Shown here piece after piece: positions 1-9,616 of a stretch of DNA of 64,000 nt. Position 1 is the first letter of the stretch; the number at the start of each line of letters is the position of its first letter. Source of the stretch: Syntrophorhabdaceae bacterium (GTDB taxonomy: Bacteria > Desulfobacterota > Syntrophorhabdia > Syntrophorhabdales > Syntrophorhabdaceae); contig OY762209.1 of NCBI GenBank assembly GCA_963665295.1, positions 1,152,001 to 1,216,000 on the forward strand, in the 5' to 3' direction. The position numbers were made by a program, and so were the translations under genes. The notes beneath the pieces were generated by a model. The model searched no databases. It worked only from the letters and a program-made list of their open reading frames with translations, and had not been told where the DNA came from.

Positions 1-2
1 TT

Positions 3-752
3 CATGGAAGCGCGAGCTCGTCAGGTCAGTGGCGTCCGTTAATGGAAAGGCTGTCGGACCGGTTCCGCCTCATCGCCCCCGACCTCTATGGCCATGGCCG
101 CACGACCCCCTGGCCGGGCCTGAGGGGGATGGAGGTGGATGACGAAGTCGATCTCCTGGAGCCTGTTTTCCGCATGGCGGGCGACCGGTTCCACCTTGTC
201 GGCCATTCCTGGGGAGGGGCCATAGCCCTGAAAGCCGCCTTGCGCCACCTGCCCCGGTTGATCTCGGTGACCCTCTTCGAACCCGCCCTCTGGAGCCTGC
301 TCGTGGCCCACGACCCCTCAAGCCTCGCTTCACGGGAGATCATCCGGAACCGGGATGAGACCCAGCGCATGATGGATGGGGGACATTTCGCGGAAGCGGG
401 CGAGTATTTCATCGATTACTGGGTGAGGCCCGGCACGTGGACACGCATGACAGAGGCCCGGAAAGAGGCCTTTACCGCAGGCATGTGCGCGGCAAGCCCC
501 GAGTGGCACGCGTCGTTCGACGATAAAACACCCCTCACCGCCTTCGCCGCCATGGACGTTCCCACCCTCCTTCTCTCCGGAGGCGGGTCCACGGTCCCCG
601 CGAGGACCATCACCACCCTCCTCTCCACCGTGATTCCTCACGGGAAGATGGAGAACCTCGAAGGCATAGGACACATGGGTCCCGTAACCCACCCGGACAT
701 AGTGAACGCCAGGATAGAGGCGTTCCTTGTTACATTCCCCCCTGCCCCGTGA
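3..752 (+). CDS. alpha/beta fold hydrolase (5'-truncated by the window edge)
   Basis: GHSWGG nucleophile elbow, APDLYGHG and C-terminal GHM motifs. The frame stays open upstream of the ATG at 42 (HGSASSSGQWRPL), so the true start lies left of the window. Confidence 0.85.
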   Translation, partial: HGSASSSGQWRPLMERLSDRFRLIAPDLYGHGRTTPWPGLRGMEVDDEVDLLEPVFRMAGDRFHLVGHSWGGAIALKAALRHLPRLISVTLFEPALWSLLVAHDPSSLASREIIRNRDETQRMMDGGHFAEAGEYFIDYWVRPGTWTRMTEARKEAFTAGMCAASPEWHASFDDKTPLTAFAAMDVPTLLLSGGGSTVPARTITTLLSTVIPHGKMENLEGIGHMGPVTHPDIVNARIEAFLVTFPPAP

Positions 753-773
753 TAGACTCTGTATAAGGCGACC

Positions 774-2510
774 ATGAAGAGGAAACACGAAGGGAAGATC
801 AGCAGGAGGGGATTTCTCAAGATCGGCGCAGTTGCGGCTGCGTGTATGCTCACCGGAGTGACGGGTATTGAAGCCACGACGCCCACGGCGGATACGGTGT
901 TCGTGAACGGCACGGTACTTACCGTGGACAGGAGCGACTCCATCGCCCGGGCGCTGGCGGTGCGGAACGGCACGATCCTCGAAGTGGGGACAAAGGAGGC
1001 CGTCTCGCCTTACATCGGCAACGCCACAAAGGTTATCGACCTCAAGGGGAGGACAATGACCCCGGGCCTTATCGATTCCCACGGCCACCTTCCCCAGTTC
1101 GGCAACAGGGAGCGCAATTGGGTCAAGCTCCAGGGCCTTGAATCCAAAGAGGAGGTCCTCGAAGCATTGGCGGAGCGGGCCCGGAAGGCCCCTCCGGGAC
1201 GGTTTATCAACGGCTGGGGCGTTGAGAGCAACGAGTTTTCCTTCATGAACCGTCGCGACCTCGACAGGATCACCACCACCCACCCCATGCTCGTTGTCCA
1301 TACCACGGGCCAGTGGGGGTTCGCCAACAGCTATGCCCTGAAAGTATCGGGCATTGACAGGTCCACGCCAAACCCGCCGGGCGCGCGGGTTCAGAAGGCG
1401 CCGAACGGAGAGCCGACAGGGCTTCTCATCCACTACCCCGCGCTCTATCTCGTGCGGAAGAAGTTCCCCATGGCGAATAAGGAGGAGATGGGCAAAAATA
1501 TTCTCTACGCCGCGAGACTTTACGCCCGGGAAGGGGTTACTGCGGTGCAGGACAACTTTTTTGACATCGGAGAGATCGGCGGCGCGAGCCATTCGGGGGT
1601 TTACCTTGAACAGGCCATGTCCGGAAGCCTGCCGGTGAGGGTCAGGATATGGCCCTACATACCGAGCATGAGCGAGGCGTCCCTCGCAGTGCAGGAGTTG
1701 TTCCGGTCCCGGGCCTTGAGGCCCGATTCACCCTTTGCCGCGGCAGTCAGGTACAAGAGGGATAACCCCGAAGGGTTCGCCAGGGTGTGGGGAGGCATGA
1801 AGATCGCCATCGACGGGTCGGGTCCCACCAGCCTGTGGTACCGGAGCGACCGGGGCCTCATGCTCCATTCCATGGAAGACCTCAACTCCATGGTAAAGCT
1901 CTTCCACGAGGCAGGCCAGCAGGTGAGCGTTCATGCCGTGGGCGACAAGGCGGTGGACACCATACTCGACGCCTTCGAGGCTGCCCTCAAGACCCAGCCG
2001 AGAGGGGACGCGCGGCACCGCATCGAACACGCCACATGTCCGCGATCGACCTCCCTGGAACGGATGAAGCGTCTCGGAGTGGTAATCTCCACGCACCCCC
2101 AGTTCCTCTACCCCTGGGGAGACAAGTGGACCACTCTGAAAGGGCAGAGGGTTATACCGGTGAAATCGTACAGGGAACAGGGAATACCCGTCGCTTTCGG
2201 GGCGGACCCGCCCGCCTTCCCCTTGTGGCAGCCCCAGTATGCCCTGTGGGACGCGGTTGCGAGAACCACGAAGGGGGGCTATGTCTTTGCCCCGGAAGAA
2301 GCCATATCAGCGCGGGAAGCCTTGAGGATCCAGACCATGGGAAGCGCCTTTGCCGCCTTCCAGGAAAAGGAGACCGGTTCCCTCGAAAAGGGAAAGCTTG
2401 CCGACCTCGTGGTGTGGGACAGGGATTTCACCACCATTCCCACGGACCGAATTCGTGAGGCAAAGGCCGAGATCACCATGGTGGGCGGCAGGATCGTGTA
2501 CGAGAGATAG
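774..2510 (+). CDS. Tat-exported metal-dependent amidohydrolase (Amidohydro_3/YtcJ-like)
   Basis: SRRGFLK twin-arginine signal; PGLIDSHGH, HAVGD, RIEHA and GSLEKGKLAD motifs. Confidence 0.9.
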   Translation: MKRKHEGKISRRGFLKIGAVAAACMLTGVTGIEATTPTADTVFVNGTVLTVDRSDSIARALAVRNGTILEVGTKEAVSPYIGNATKVIDLKGRTMTPGLIDSHGHLPQFGNRERNWVKLQGLESKEEVLEALAERARKAPPGRFINGWGVESNEFSFMNRRDLDRITTTHPMLVVHTTGQWGFANSYALKVSGIDRSTPNPPGARVQKAPNGEPTGLLIHYPALYLVRKKFPMANKEEMGKNILYAARLYAREGVTAVQDNFFDIGEIGGASHSGVYLEQAMSGSLPVRVRIWPYIPSMSEASLAVQELFRSRALRPDSPFAAAVRYKRDNPEGFARVWGGMKIAIDGSGPTSLWYRSDRGLMLHSMEDLNSMVKLFHEAGQQVSVHAVGDKAVDTILDAFEAALKTQPRGDARHRIEHATCPRSTSLERMKRLGVVISTHPQFLYPWGDKWTTLKGQRVIPVKSYREQGIPVAFGADPPAFPLWQPQYALWDAVARTTKGGYVFAPEEAISAREALRIQTMGSAFAAFQEKETGSLEKGKLADLVVWDRDFTTIPTDRIREAKAEITMVGGRIVYER

Positions 2511-2677
2511 CCCGCTCACGGGATTCATGGGACGGCTCGCCATGCCTGCCCTCCCCCGTTTCCCCCTCGGCAATTCCTCCGCGAAAGACCATTTCCCTGG
2601 TTCTTTATTTCCATCAGGGTGATACAATGTGTGGAGGCAGGCAACACCATTCCTATCTTCACTTAAGGAGGTAGAAC

Positions 2678-3148
2678 GTGAAACAGGTGCTCATAGATTC
2701 GAACCCATCGGGCAGGTTCACCATGCCCACGAAATGCCCCGGCTGCGGCGGGCCTCTTGAAAAAAACCCTTTGACCCAATCCGAAATCAAGATTGAAAAG
2801 GCGTCTTCCGTGGTCTCGGACCTGAAAAGCCTGTCCATAGGCCTTTGCGACGGGTGCGGAAAGAAGCTGTCGAGCATCAAGATGATGACGAACATCGCCC
2901 TCGCTCTCATTGGCTTCGGGCTCCTGGGCCCGGTCTTCTTCGGCATGTCCACGCCTCCCCAGATGGCGCAAGCGGGCGTCTCCGTGTGCATGGGTCTCGT
3001 GTTGCTGTGGGTGGCGGACAGAAACAAGAAGAAGAGGGTCGGCATAAGGTGCAAGAGGCTCTCCAAGAGGGAGTGGGAATTCCGGTTTGAGAACGATGCG
3101 GTGGCCGACGAATTTCAAAAGGCCAACTCTCCTGAGGCGGTCCGCTGA
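2678..3148 (+). CDS. hypothetical membrane protein with two CxxC pairs (possible Zn ribbon) and two TM helices
   Basis: AAGGAGG RBS before the GTG start; CPGC and CDGC; two hydrophobic segments. Confidence 0.65.
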   Translation: MKQVLIDSNPSGRFTMPTKCPGCGGPLEKNPLTQSEIKIEKASSVVSDLKSLSIGLCDGCGKKLSSIKMMTNIALALIGFGLLGPVFFGMSTPPQMAQAGVSVCMGLVLLWVADRNKKKRVGIRCKRLSKREWEFRFENDAVADEFQKANSPEAVR

Positions 3149-3203
3149 AATAACAAGGTTTTTCCAATACCACCGACGGTCGTTCGGGTTTGCCGCCATA
3201 TCC

Positions 3204-4488
3204 GCTAATGTCAACTGTTTTGTGTCAGTACAAAGACAGGGCACACTCCCTGGTTAATGTTCTCATACATAAATATCCCATAAAGGATTCTCTCGATGCT
3301 CGTTCTGTTACTGAATACTCCCATCGGTCTTGTCCTCCTGCGCACCTCCCGGAACCTCCTTTCAATGGCATTGGTCGTCCGTATTGCCTTTCTGAACTCG
3401 GGATCGGCAAACTGAAAACAGGTAAGCAGATCGTCAAGGTCATCCCTTAGACACTTTACTGCCTTGGGGTACTTATCGATCCAGGACTGGGTCCATCTCT
3501 TCGCGTAGGTCCTCGCCTCGGCATAGGTATTTGCGTTGTATATCCTCCCGAGCCCTTTCTTGACTGTTTTCTGTTTCTTCCTCGGCACCTTGTCCAGGAT
3601 GTTGCGTACCTTATGGGCAAAGCATCGCTGGAGGGGGATATCGGGGTAGACGGTGGGCAATATCGAAATCAGCCCCTGACCCCCGTCCGCACAGATGACC
3701 TCGATGCCGGAGAGTCCCCGCGTGATCAGGCTGGTGAGGAAGGTTTGCCATTCCGGGCCGCTCTCGGATCGGGCGAGGCGAAAATCTATGATCTCTTTTT
3801 TGCCGTCATGTCGAAGACCCAGGGCGACAAGCACGGGACGGGCAACCATTCCTGCCCCTGTCTTTCTCTTCATAACAATCCCGTCCAGGATAAGAGCCCG
3901 GAAGGAGCTGGTAATGCGCCTGCGATGGTAGGCATTTACTGCTTCGTCAAGGGTCCTGCCTACCCTGCTTACCGTCTGGGGGCTTATCTTCTCCCCCAGG
4001 AGCGCGAGGAGGGCAACTCCCACCTTTCGCGTGGAGAGGCCAAGAAGGAAACAGGTCAGGATGAGATGGTCGATCTCTTTGGTCCGCCGTGCATAGGCAG
4101 TGATAATACCCCTCGGGTTATACTGTCTGGTCCTCGGCACCGAAAGGGCAATGTCTCCAAGCTCGGTCAGGACATGGCGGACATAGCTCCCATTCCTCCT
4201 GTCCGGGATTCCTCTCTGATACGCCCATGAGAGATGACCTGCGACCTTTTCCTCCATCCTTTCCTTCAAGATCGTGGCGATGCTCATGCGAGCTGCATCA
4301 CGGTAATCGCCGCTCCACTCATCTTCTGAAGAAAGATTCATTTCCTTGACCATGTTAAACGCCTTTGATAAACTCTTTGTGATAATCTGTTGTTCCACGG
4401 GTACCTTCTCCTTATATAAGAATTTGGCGGTTCTTTTTAAGGAAGGTACCCTATCTTCTGCCTGTGACACAAGATATGATACATTAGC
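3204..4488 (-). mobile_element. IS256-family insertion sequence, 1285 bp
   Basis: Imperfect 24-bp terminal inverted repeats: GCTAATGTcaactgttTTGTGTCA at 3204-3227 and GCTAATGTatcatatcTTGTGTCA (reverse complement of 4465-4488). A 9-bp direct repeat GCCATATCC flanks both ends (3195-3203, 4489-4497). Confidence 0.93.
3211..4398 (-). CDS. IS256-family (Mutator-type) DDE transposase
   Basis: RNGSY, VPRTR, LSTRKV, LILDG, ADGGQG, QRCFAH and TTNAIERRFREVRRR motifs. Likely GTG start at 4398 after AAGGAG. The ORF-track start (4581) lies outside the element. Confidence 0.92.
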   Translation of the reverse strand: MEQQIITKSLSKAFNMVKEMNLSSEDEWSGDYRDAARMSIATILKERMEEKVAGHLSWAYQRGIPDRRNGSYVRHVLTELGDIALSVPRTRQYNPRGIITAYARRTKEIDHLILTCFLLGLSTRKVGVALLALLGEKISPQTVSRVGRTLDEAVNAYHRRRITSSFRALILDGIVMKRKTGAGMVARPVLVALGLRHDGKKEIIDFRLARSESGPEWQTFLTSLITRGLSGIEVICADGGQGLISILPTVYPDIPLQRCFAHKVRNILDKVPRKKQKTVKKGLGRIYNANTYAEARTYAKRWTQSWIDKYPKAVKCLRDDLDDLLTCFQFADPEFRKAIRTTNAIERRFREVRRRTRPMGVFSNRTSIERILYGIFMYENINQGVCPVFVLTQNS

Positions 4489-4579
4489 GCCATATCCCGG
4501 GGGCTGGTTATTGTGCCCCCATTTGTTGTATGATGAAATCGTGACAAAATAATGTGAAAAAGCACGGAGGTTCGGCAAC

Positions 4580-4855
4580 ATGGATCACAACATCTATTTT
4601 GAGGGAAAAGTTCAGAGTCTCACTTTGGTAACAGACCAGGGAAGGGCGACGGTCGGCGTCATCACCCCGGGCAAATTCACCTTCTCCACGTCCGCTCAGG
4701 AGAGGATGGTGATTACGTCAGGGACCCTGAACGTAAAGTTGCCGGACGGAACCCGGAAGACGGTGGGGCCGAACCAGGAATTCATGGTGGAGGCCAACGC
4801 CTCTTTCGATGTCGAAGCGGCGCACGACGTGTCTTACCTCTGCTACTACAAGTAG
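4580..4855 (+). CDS. ppnP: pyrimidine/purine nucleoside phosphorylase (YaiE/DUF1255)
   Basis: 91 aa; [18 protein letters not shown]...SG and terminal YLCYY match the PpnP pattern; GGAGG RBS. Confidence 0.85.
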   Translation: MDHNIYFEGKVQSLTLVTDQGRATVGVITPGKFTFSTSAQERMVITSGTLNVKLPDGTRKTVGPNQEFMVEANASFDVEAAHDVSYLCYYK

Positions 4856-4863
4856 ATAGCCAT

Positions 4864-6558
4864 ATGTGCCCATCAGGAAAGGAACTCCCGAAGACGGAGC
4901 CGACCCCGGCAGTGCCTGCGAAAGGCGACGCGAAGGCCCCTGCATTCAAGGGCGCGGACCCGTTCCCCCTGGGACCGGACAGGACAAAGTACCGCCTCCT
5001 CACCAGGGACTTCGTATCGGTCGTGGAGGTGAGCGGGAAGGAGATGCTCCAGGTTGACCCGAAAGGGCTTACGCTCCTCGCCAACGAGGCGATGAGGGAT
5101 GTGAACTTCCTTCTCAGGACGGAGCACCTCGAACAGGTTGCCGCCATCCTTGCGGACCCGGAAGCGAGCGACAACGACAAGTACGTGGCCGCGGCCATGC
5201 TCCGTAACGCCGAGGTTTCATCGAAGTTCGAGCTTCCCTTCTGCCAGGACACGGGCACGGCAACGGTCTTTGCGAAGAAGGGCCAACAGGTGTGGACCGG
5301 CGGGAACGACGAGGAATACCTTTCCGAGGGAATTTACAGGACCTATACCGAAGAAAGCCTGCGGTATTCACAGACGGTCCCCCTCACCATGTACGACGAG
5401 GCCAACTCCGGCTCCAACCTGCCCGCCCAGATCGACATCCTCGCCACGGGCGGGATGGAATACACATTTCTCTTTGTCGCCAAGGGCGGGGGCTCGGCAA
5501 ACAAAAGCACGCTCTACCAGGAGACGAAGGCCGTCCTTAACCCGGCGGGCCTTGAGAAGTTTCTCGTGGAAAAGATGAAGACCCTGGGCACTGCCGCGTG
5601 CCCTCCCTACCACCTTGCTTTCGTCATAGGAGGCACCTCCGCCGAGTCGTGCATGAAGACGGTGAAGCTGGCCACAACGAAATACCTCGACGGCCTTCCC
5701 ACGGAAGGAAACAGGCAGGGGCAGGCCTTCCGCGACACGGACCTTGAAAAGAAGCTCCTCGAAGCATCCCATAGGATGGGATACGGCGCCCAGTTCGGCG
5801 GAAAGTACTTCGTCCTCGACGTGCGCGTGATCAGGCTCCCCCGTCACGGCGCATCCTGCCCCATAGGCATGGGGGTCTCCTGCTCCGCGGACCGCAACGT
5901 AAAGGCGAAGATCAACAGGGACGGCATATGGCTCGAAGAACTCGAACGGAACCCCGGCCGCCTCATCCCGGCCGCCTACCGGGCGGACCATGACGCCGGT
6001 GCGGTCAGGATCGATCTCAACCGGCCCATGAAGGAGGTCCTTGCCGACCTGTCGAAATATCCCGTCTCCACGAGGCTGTCCCTCACGGGCACGATGATCG
6101 TTGCCCGGGATATAGCCCATGCGCGTTTCAAGGAGCGGATCGACGAGGGCAAGGGCGTCCCCGAATATCTCAAGAACCATCCCGTGTGCTACGCGGGCCC
6201 GGCGAAGACGCCTCCCGGCAAACACGCGGGTTCCTTCGGACCCACCACGGCAGGCCGCATGGACTCCTACGTCGATCTCCTCCAGTCGCGAGGCGCGGGT
6301 ATGATCATGATCGCGAAAGGCAACCGGAGCCGACAGGTAACGGATGCCTGCAAGAAGCACGGCGGCTTCTACCTGGGCTCCATGGGCGGCCCCGCCGCGC
6401 TCCTCGGTGAGGAGCATATCAGGAAGATAGAATGCATCGACTACCCCGAACTCGGAATGGAAGCAGTGTGGAAGATCGAAGTCGTAAATTTCCCCGCCTT
6501 CATCCTGGTGGACGACAAGGGAAACGACTTCTACAAGAACCTCGCGGGTGAACAATAA
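4864..6558 (+). CDS. fumA: class I (Fe-S) fumarate hydratase, FumA/FumB type
   Basis: [40 protein letters not shown] and DDKGNDF motifs. Confidence 0.93.
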   Translation: MCPSGKELPKTEPTPAVPAKGDAKAPAFKGADPFPLGPDRTKYRLLTRDFVSVVEVSGKEMLQVDPKGLTLLANEAMRDVNFLLRTEHLEQVAAILADPEASDNDKYVAAAMLRNAEVSSKFELPFCQDTGTATVFAKKGQQVWTGGNDEEYLSEGIYRTYTEESLRYSQTVPLTMYDEANSGSNLPAQIDILATGGMEYTFLFVAKGGGSANKSTLYQETKAVLNPAGLEKFLVEKMKTLGTAACPPYHLAFVIGGTSAESCMKTVKLATTKYLDGLPTEGNRQGQAFRDTDLEKKLLEASHRMGYGAQFGGKYFVLDVRVIRLPRHGASCPIGMGVSCSADRNVKAKINRDGIWLEELERNPGRLIPAAYRADHDAGAVRIDLNRPMKEVLADLSKYPVSTRLSLTGTMIVARDIAHARFKERIDEGKGVPEYLKNHPVCYAGPAKTPPGKHAGSFGPTTAGRMDSYVDLLQSRGAGMIMIAKGNRSRQVTDACKKHGGFYLGSMGGPAALLGEEHIRKIECIDYPELGMEAVWKIEVVNFPAFILVDDKGNDFYKNLAGEQ

Positions 6559-6665
6559 GAGCCGACATGGGGCAACTCACCGGAGGCTTGCCGCCGGTAC
6601 TTGCATCTTCCCGTTTCCGACCTATACTTGTATTAGAGAGCAAATAAGGAACGAAGGAGGAGACC

Positions 6666-6848
6666 ATGATAAGCTTCGAACTGAACGATGAAGAGGCAAA
6701 GTTGCTGTCGAGCGTGCTCGGGAACTATTATCGCCACCTGCAGGTCGAGATCAGCCACACGGACACAAGGGACTTTCGGGAGGCCCTCGTGAAGAGGGAA
6801 AAAGCCCTTGAAGCCGTAATAGAACGGCTTGGCCGTCTTGCCAAATAA
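6666..6848 (+). CDS. small hypothetical protein
   Basis: Strong AAGGAGG RBS; upstream TTGCAT-N16-TATACT (6601-6628); downstream GC hairpin at ~6874-6899. Confidence 0.7.
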   Translation: MISFELNDEEAKLLSSVLGNYYRHLQVEISHTDTRDFREALVKREKALEAVIERLGRLAK

Positions 6849-7021
6849 GGCAAGGCCGAACTACAGGTCCGCGTCCGCCTCGCCCGAAGGGCAGGCGGAT
6901 TTCCGTTATATCCCTCTTTTGAACGCCCGGTTACGCTACAAAAAATACCGCCTTTGACCTTGATCGGGCGATGGAAGGAAGCCCGGTGCCCCCGTCCGCC
7001 GTTCTCATGGCCCACCGGGTA

Positions 7022-7051
7022 TTGACAAGGATTTTGCCGTTGGAGGATAAT
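7022..7051 (+). promoter_or_regulatory. putative sigma70 promoter for the VIT-vWA gene
   Basis: TTGACA-N18-GATAAT, about 90 bp upstream of the ATG at 7144. Confidence 0.5.
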
Positions 7052-7143
7052 AGCGGAGGCTCCATGGCGCGAACGCCTCAAAACGCGGCGCCGGCAAGAT
7101 AGCGTCATCAAAGAAACCATACGCCCTATACAGGAGGTCCTTC

Positions 7144-9537
7144 ATGAAAGCACTCGTAATGTTCACGGCATTCTTCCTTCTCTCCCTCTTCGTGTCAACC
7201 TCGTCCCATGGGGCGGAGGAGCCCGGCACAGGGCAGCTCAAGGTAGTGACCGCCAAAAAGGATAAGGTCGAGGTGCCCCTTGCCCATACGTCGGTAAAGG
7301 CGGACATTGCAGGGTTCGTGGCCCGCGTCACGGTTACCCAGACATTCGTGAACCCCTTCAAGGAGCCTATAGAGGCGGTCTATGTATTCCCTCTGCCTCA
7401 CAAGGCCGCAGTGGACGACATGACCATGAAGATCGGATCGCGCGTCATAAAGGGTGTCATCAAGAAAAGGGACGAGGCGAAGAAGATATACGACGACGCG
7501 AGGAAGGCGGGTAAAACCGCCTCTCTCCTTGAGCAGGAAAGGCCCAACATCTTTACCCAGTCCGTGGCGAACATCCTTCCCGGCGACGCCATAGAGGTCC
7601 GGATCAGCTACGTCGAAACCTTGAAATACGAGAAGGGAGAATACGAATTCGTCTTTCCCATGGTGGTGGGTCCGCGCTACATCCCCGGGGAACGAATCAT
7701 CGGCAAAGAGGGCGGCGGATGGGCGCCCGACACGAACCGCGTCCCTGATGCGTCCCGCATAACCCCTCCCGTGCTGAAGCCGGGAGAACGCTCGGGTCAC
7801 GACATCGATGTGACGGTAAGCATCGATGGGGCGGTGCCTTTCACCAACCTCCGGTCGCCTTCCCACATGATCTCCGTAAAGCAGGGCACGCCGTCCAAAG
7901 CGGTGGTGAAGCTCGACCCCCGCGACACCATCCCCAACAAGGACCTGATCCTCCGCTACAATGTGCTGGGGAAAGCGCCTGCCTTCGGCAGCGCCATATA
8001 CAGTGACGGGAAGGAAGGGTATTTCCTCCTCATCCTCACTCCGAAAGAAAAATACGGCAAGGAAGAGATACTGCCCAGGGAAATCCTCTTCATTATCGAT
8101 TCCTCGGGCAGCCAGTCCGGCGACCCCCTGGCAAAATCAAAGGAACTGATGAAAAGGGCGCTTTACGGGCTCCGGCCGGACGATACCTTCCAGATATTCA
8201 ACTTCAACGATACGGTGACATCCATGGCGGACGGCCCGGTGGGGGCCACGGCGGCAAATATCGTGGATGCCCGGAAATTCATCGACCAGATACGGTGCAC
8301 GGGAGGCACCCGCATGGTGCCTGTAATTCAGGCCGCCCTCAACTGGCCCGCGGACCCGAAAAGGCTCCGCCTCGTGGTGATGGCCACCGACGGATACGTG
8401 GGGAACGAAGGGGAGGTGCTGGGCGAAATCCGCGATAACCTCGGCGATGCCCGGCTCTTCATGTTCGGCGTCGGCAGCTCCACGAACCGTTACCTCATCG
8501 ACAGGATGGCTGAAGAAGGCAGGGGGTTTTCCATGATCGTCCGCCAGGACGAGCCCACGGACAAGGTGATCGAGACCTTTCACCGTCGGATGGACACGCC
8601 CGTTCTCCGTGATCTCAAGATAGACTGGCAAGGCCTCGCCGTTCGGGATGTCTATCCCGCCCGGGTCCCCGACCTCTACGCAGGGCAGCCGGTGGTGCTC
8701 CTCGGCCGCTTCACCAAACCGGGCTCCGGGACCGTGAGGCTCCAGGGCACTCAGGGCTCCGGCGCGGTAGTCTATTCCCACAAGGTGACCTTCCCGGCCG
8801 GGAAGACCGGTCCGGACCAGATCGCGTCCCTGTGGGCCCGCACTGCCATTGAAAAGATGATGAACCAGCGGGAGGCCGACCGCTCAAAGAGTCAGGCCCT
8901 GGAAAAAGAGGTGACAAACCTCGCCTTGGCCTACAGGCTCATGACGCAGTTCACCTCTTTCGTGGCAGTGGAAGAGCAGATACGGAACATCGACGGAAAG
9001 CCCCGGACCGTCCAGGTACCCGTGGAAATGCCGGAAGGCGTCTCCCATGAAGGAGTGTTCGGAGAGGCGGCATCTCCCATGGTTTTCACCCAGGCCGTCG
9101 CCGCCCCGTCTGCGCCCCCACCCGTCGCCTCGGGTCAACGCTCGCCATCGAAAAAGACCATGACACGCCCGGTCCTGCCGTCCGCGTCCCGGGCGGGCAA
9201 TGGAGGCGGCGCGGGAAAGAGGGCAGCCGCCCTTCCCTTCACCATCGACCCGATAGCCTTCCTCGGGATCACCGATGAGGTTCCATATCGAAACACCCTC
9301 CAGGGCAAGGCCGCGGAGGAACTCGCGGCGGCCCTCAAGGACATTCCCCTGCCCAAGGGCAAGGGAATGATGGTCCGCATAGCCCTCTCCCCCAAGGGAG
9401 CGGTAAAAGGGGTGGAAGTGACGAGGAACACCGCCGATTCCCCCGATCTTGAGAAATCAGTGAAAGAAGCCCTCATGAAGATCGTCTTCCCGTCTCCTGA
9501 AAAGGACGCGACCCTCGTATTCTCTCTCAAATTCTGA
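7144..9537 (+). CDS. secreted VIT + vWA domain protein with a C-terminal TonB-C/AgmX-like domain
   Basis: Signal peptide; VIT (EAVYVFPLP, FTQSVANI); MIDAS motif DSSGS and TDG; FTSFVAVE; Pro/Ala-rich linker; C-terminal domain ending 'IVFPSP'. Confidence 0.85.
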   Translation: MKALVMFTAFFLLSLFVSTSSHGAEEPGTGQLKVVTAKKDKVEVPLAHTSVKADIAGFVARVTVTQTFVNPFKEPIEAVYVFPLPHKAAVDDMTMKIGSRVIKGVIKKRDEAKKIYDDARKAGKTASLLEQERPNIFTQSVANILPGDAIEVRISYVETLKYEKGEYEFVFPMVVGPRYIPGERIIGKEGGGWAPDTNRVPDASRITPPVLKPGERSGHDIDVTVSIDGAVPFTNLRSPSHMISVKQGTPSKAVVKLDPRDTIPNKDLILRYNVLGKAPAFGSAIYSDGKEGYFLLILTPKEKYGKEEILPREILFIIDSSGSQSGDPLAKSKELMKRALYGLRPDDTFQIFNFNDTVTSMADGPVGATAANIVDARKFIDQIRCTGGTRMVPVIQAALNWPADPKRLRLVVMATDGYVGNEGEVLGEIRDNLGDARLFMFGVGSSTNRYLIDRMAEEGRGFSMIVRQDEPTDKVIETFHRRMDTPVLRDLKIDWQGLAVRDVYPARVPDLYAGQPVVLLGRFTKPGSGTVRLQGTQGSGAVVYSHKVTFPAGKTGPDQIASLWARTAIEKMMNQREADRSKSQALEKEVTNLALAYRLMTQFTSFVAVEEQIRNIDGKPRTVQVPVEMPEGVSHEGVFGEAASPMVFTQAVAAPSAPPPVASGQRSPSKKTMTRPVLPSASRAGNGGGAGKRAAALPFTIDPIAFLGITDEVPYRNTLQGKAAEELAAALKDIPLPKGKGMMVRIALSPKGAVKGVEVTRNTADSPDLEKSVKEALMKIVFPSPEKDATLVFSLKF

Positions 9538-9555
9538 AAAAGCCCACATCATAAA

Positions 9556-9584
9556 GAGGCCCCGGCGCAACCCGCCGGGGCCTC
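9556..9584 (-). terminator. 12-bp stem hairpin between the convergent VIT gene and the CRISPR array trailer
   Basis: GAGGCCCCGGCG-CAACC-CGCCGGGGCCTC, followed by TTTAT on the minus strand. Confidence 0.55.
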
Positions 9585-9616
9585 CCCCGCTCCCCGCCCA
9601 CAACAAGCCCCATGCT

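Noticed and set aside
330..1592. Long antisense ORFs (also 5368-6555, 26449-27312, 37455-38852, 41081-41938, 57647-58576, 61915-62895)
   Set aside because: They are shadows of well-supported genes on the opposite strand in GC-rich DNA and carry no recognisable motifs.
4399..4581. N-terminal extension of the transposase ORF
   Set aside because: It runs past the terminal inverted repeat and the target duplication; a GTG with an RBS exists at 4398.
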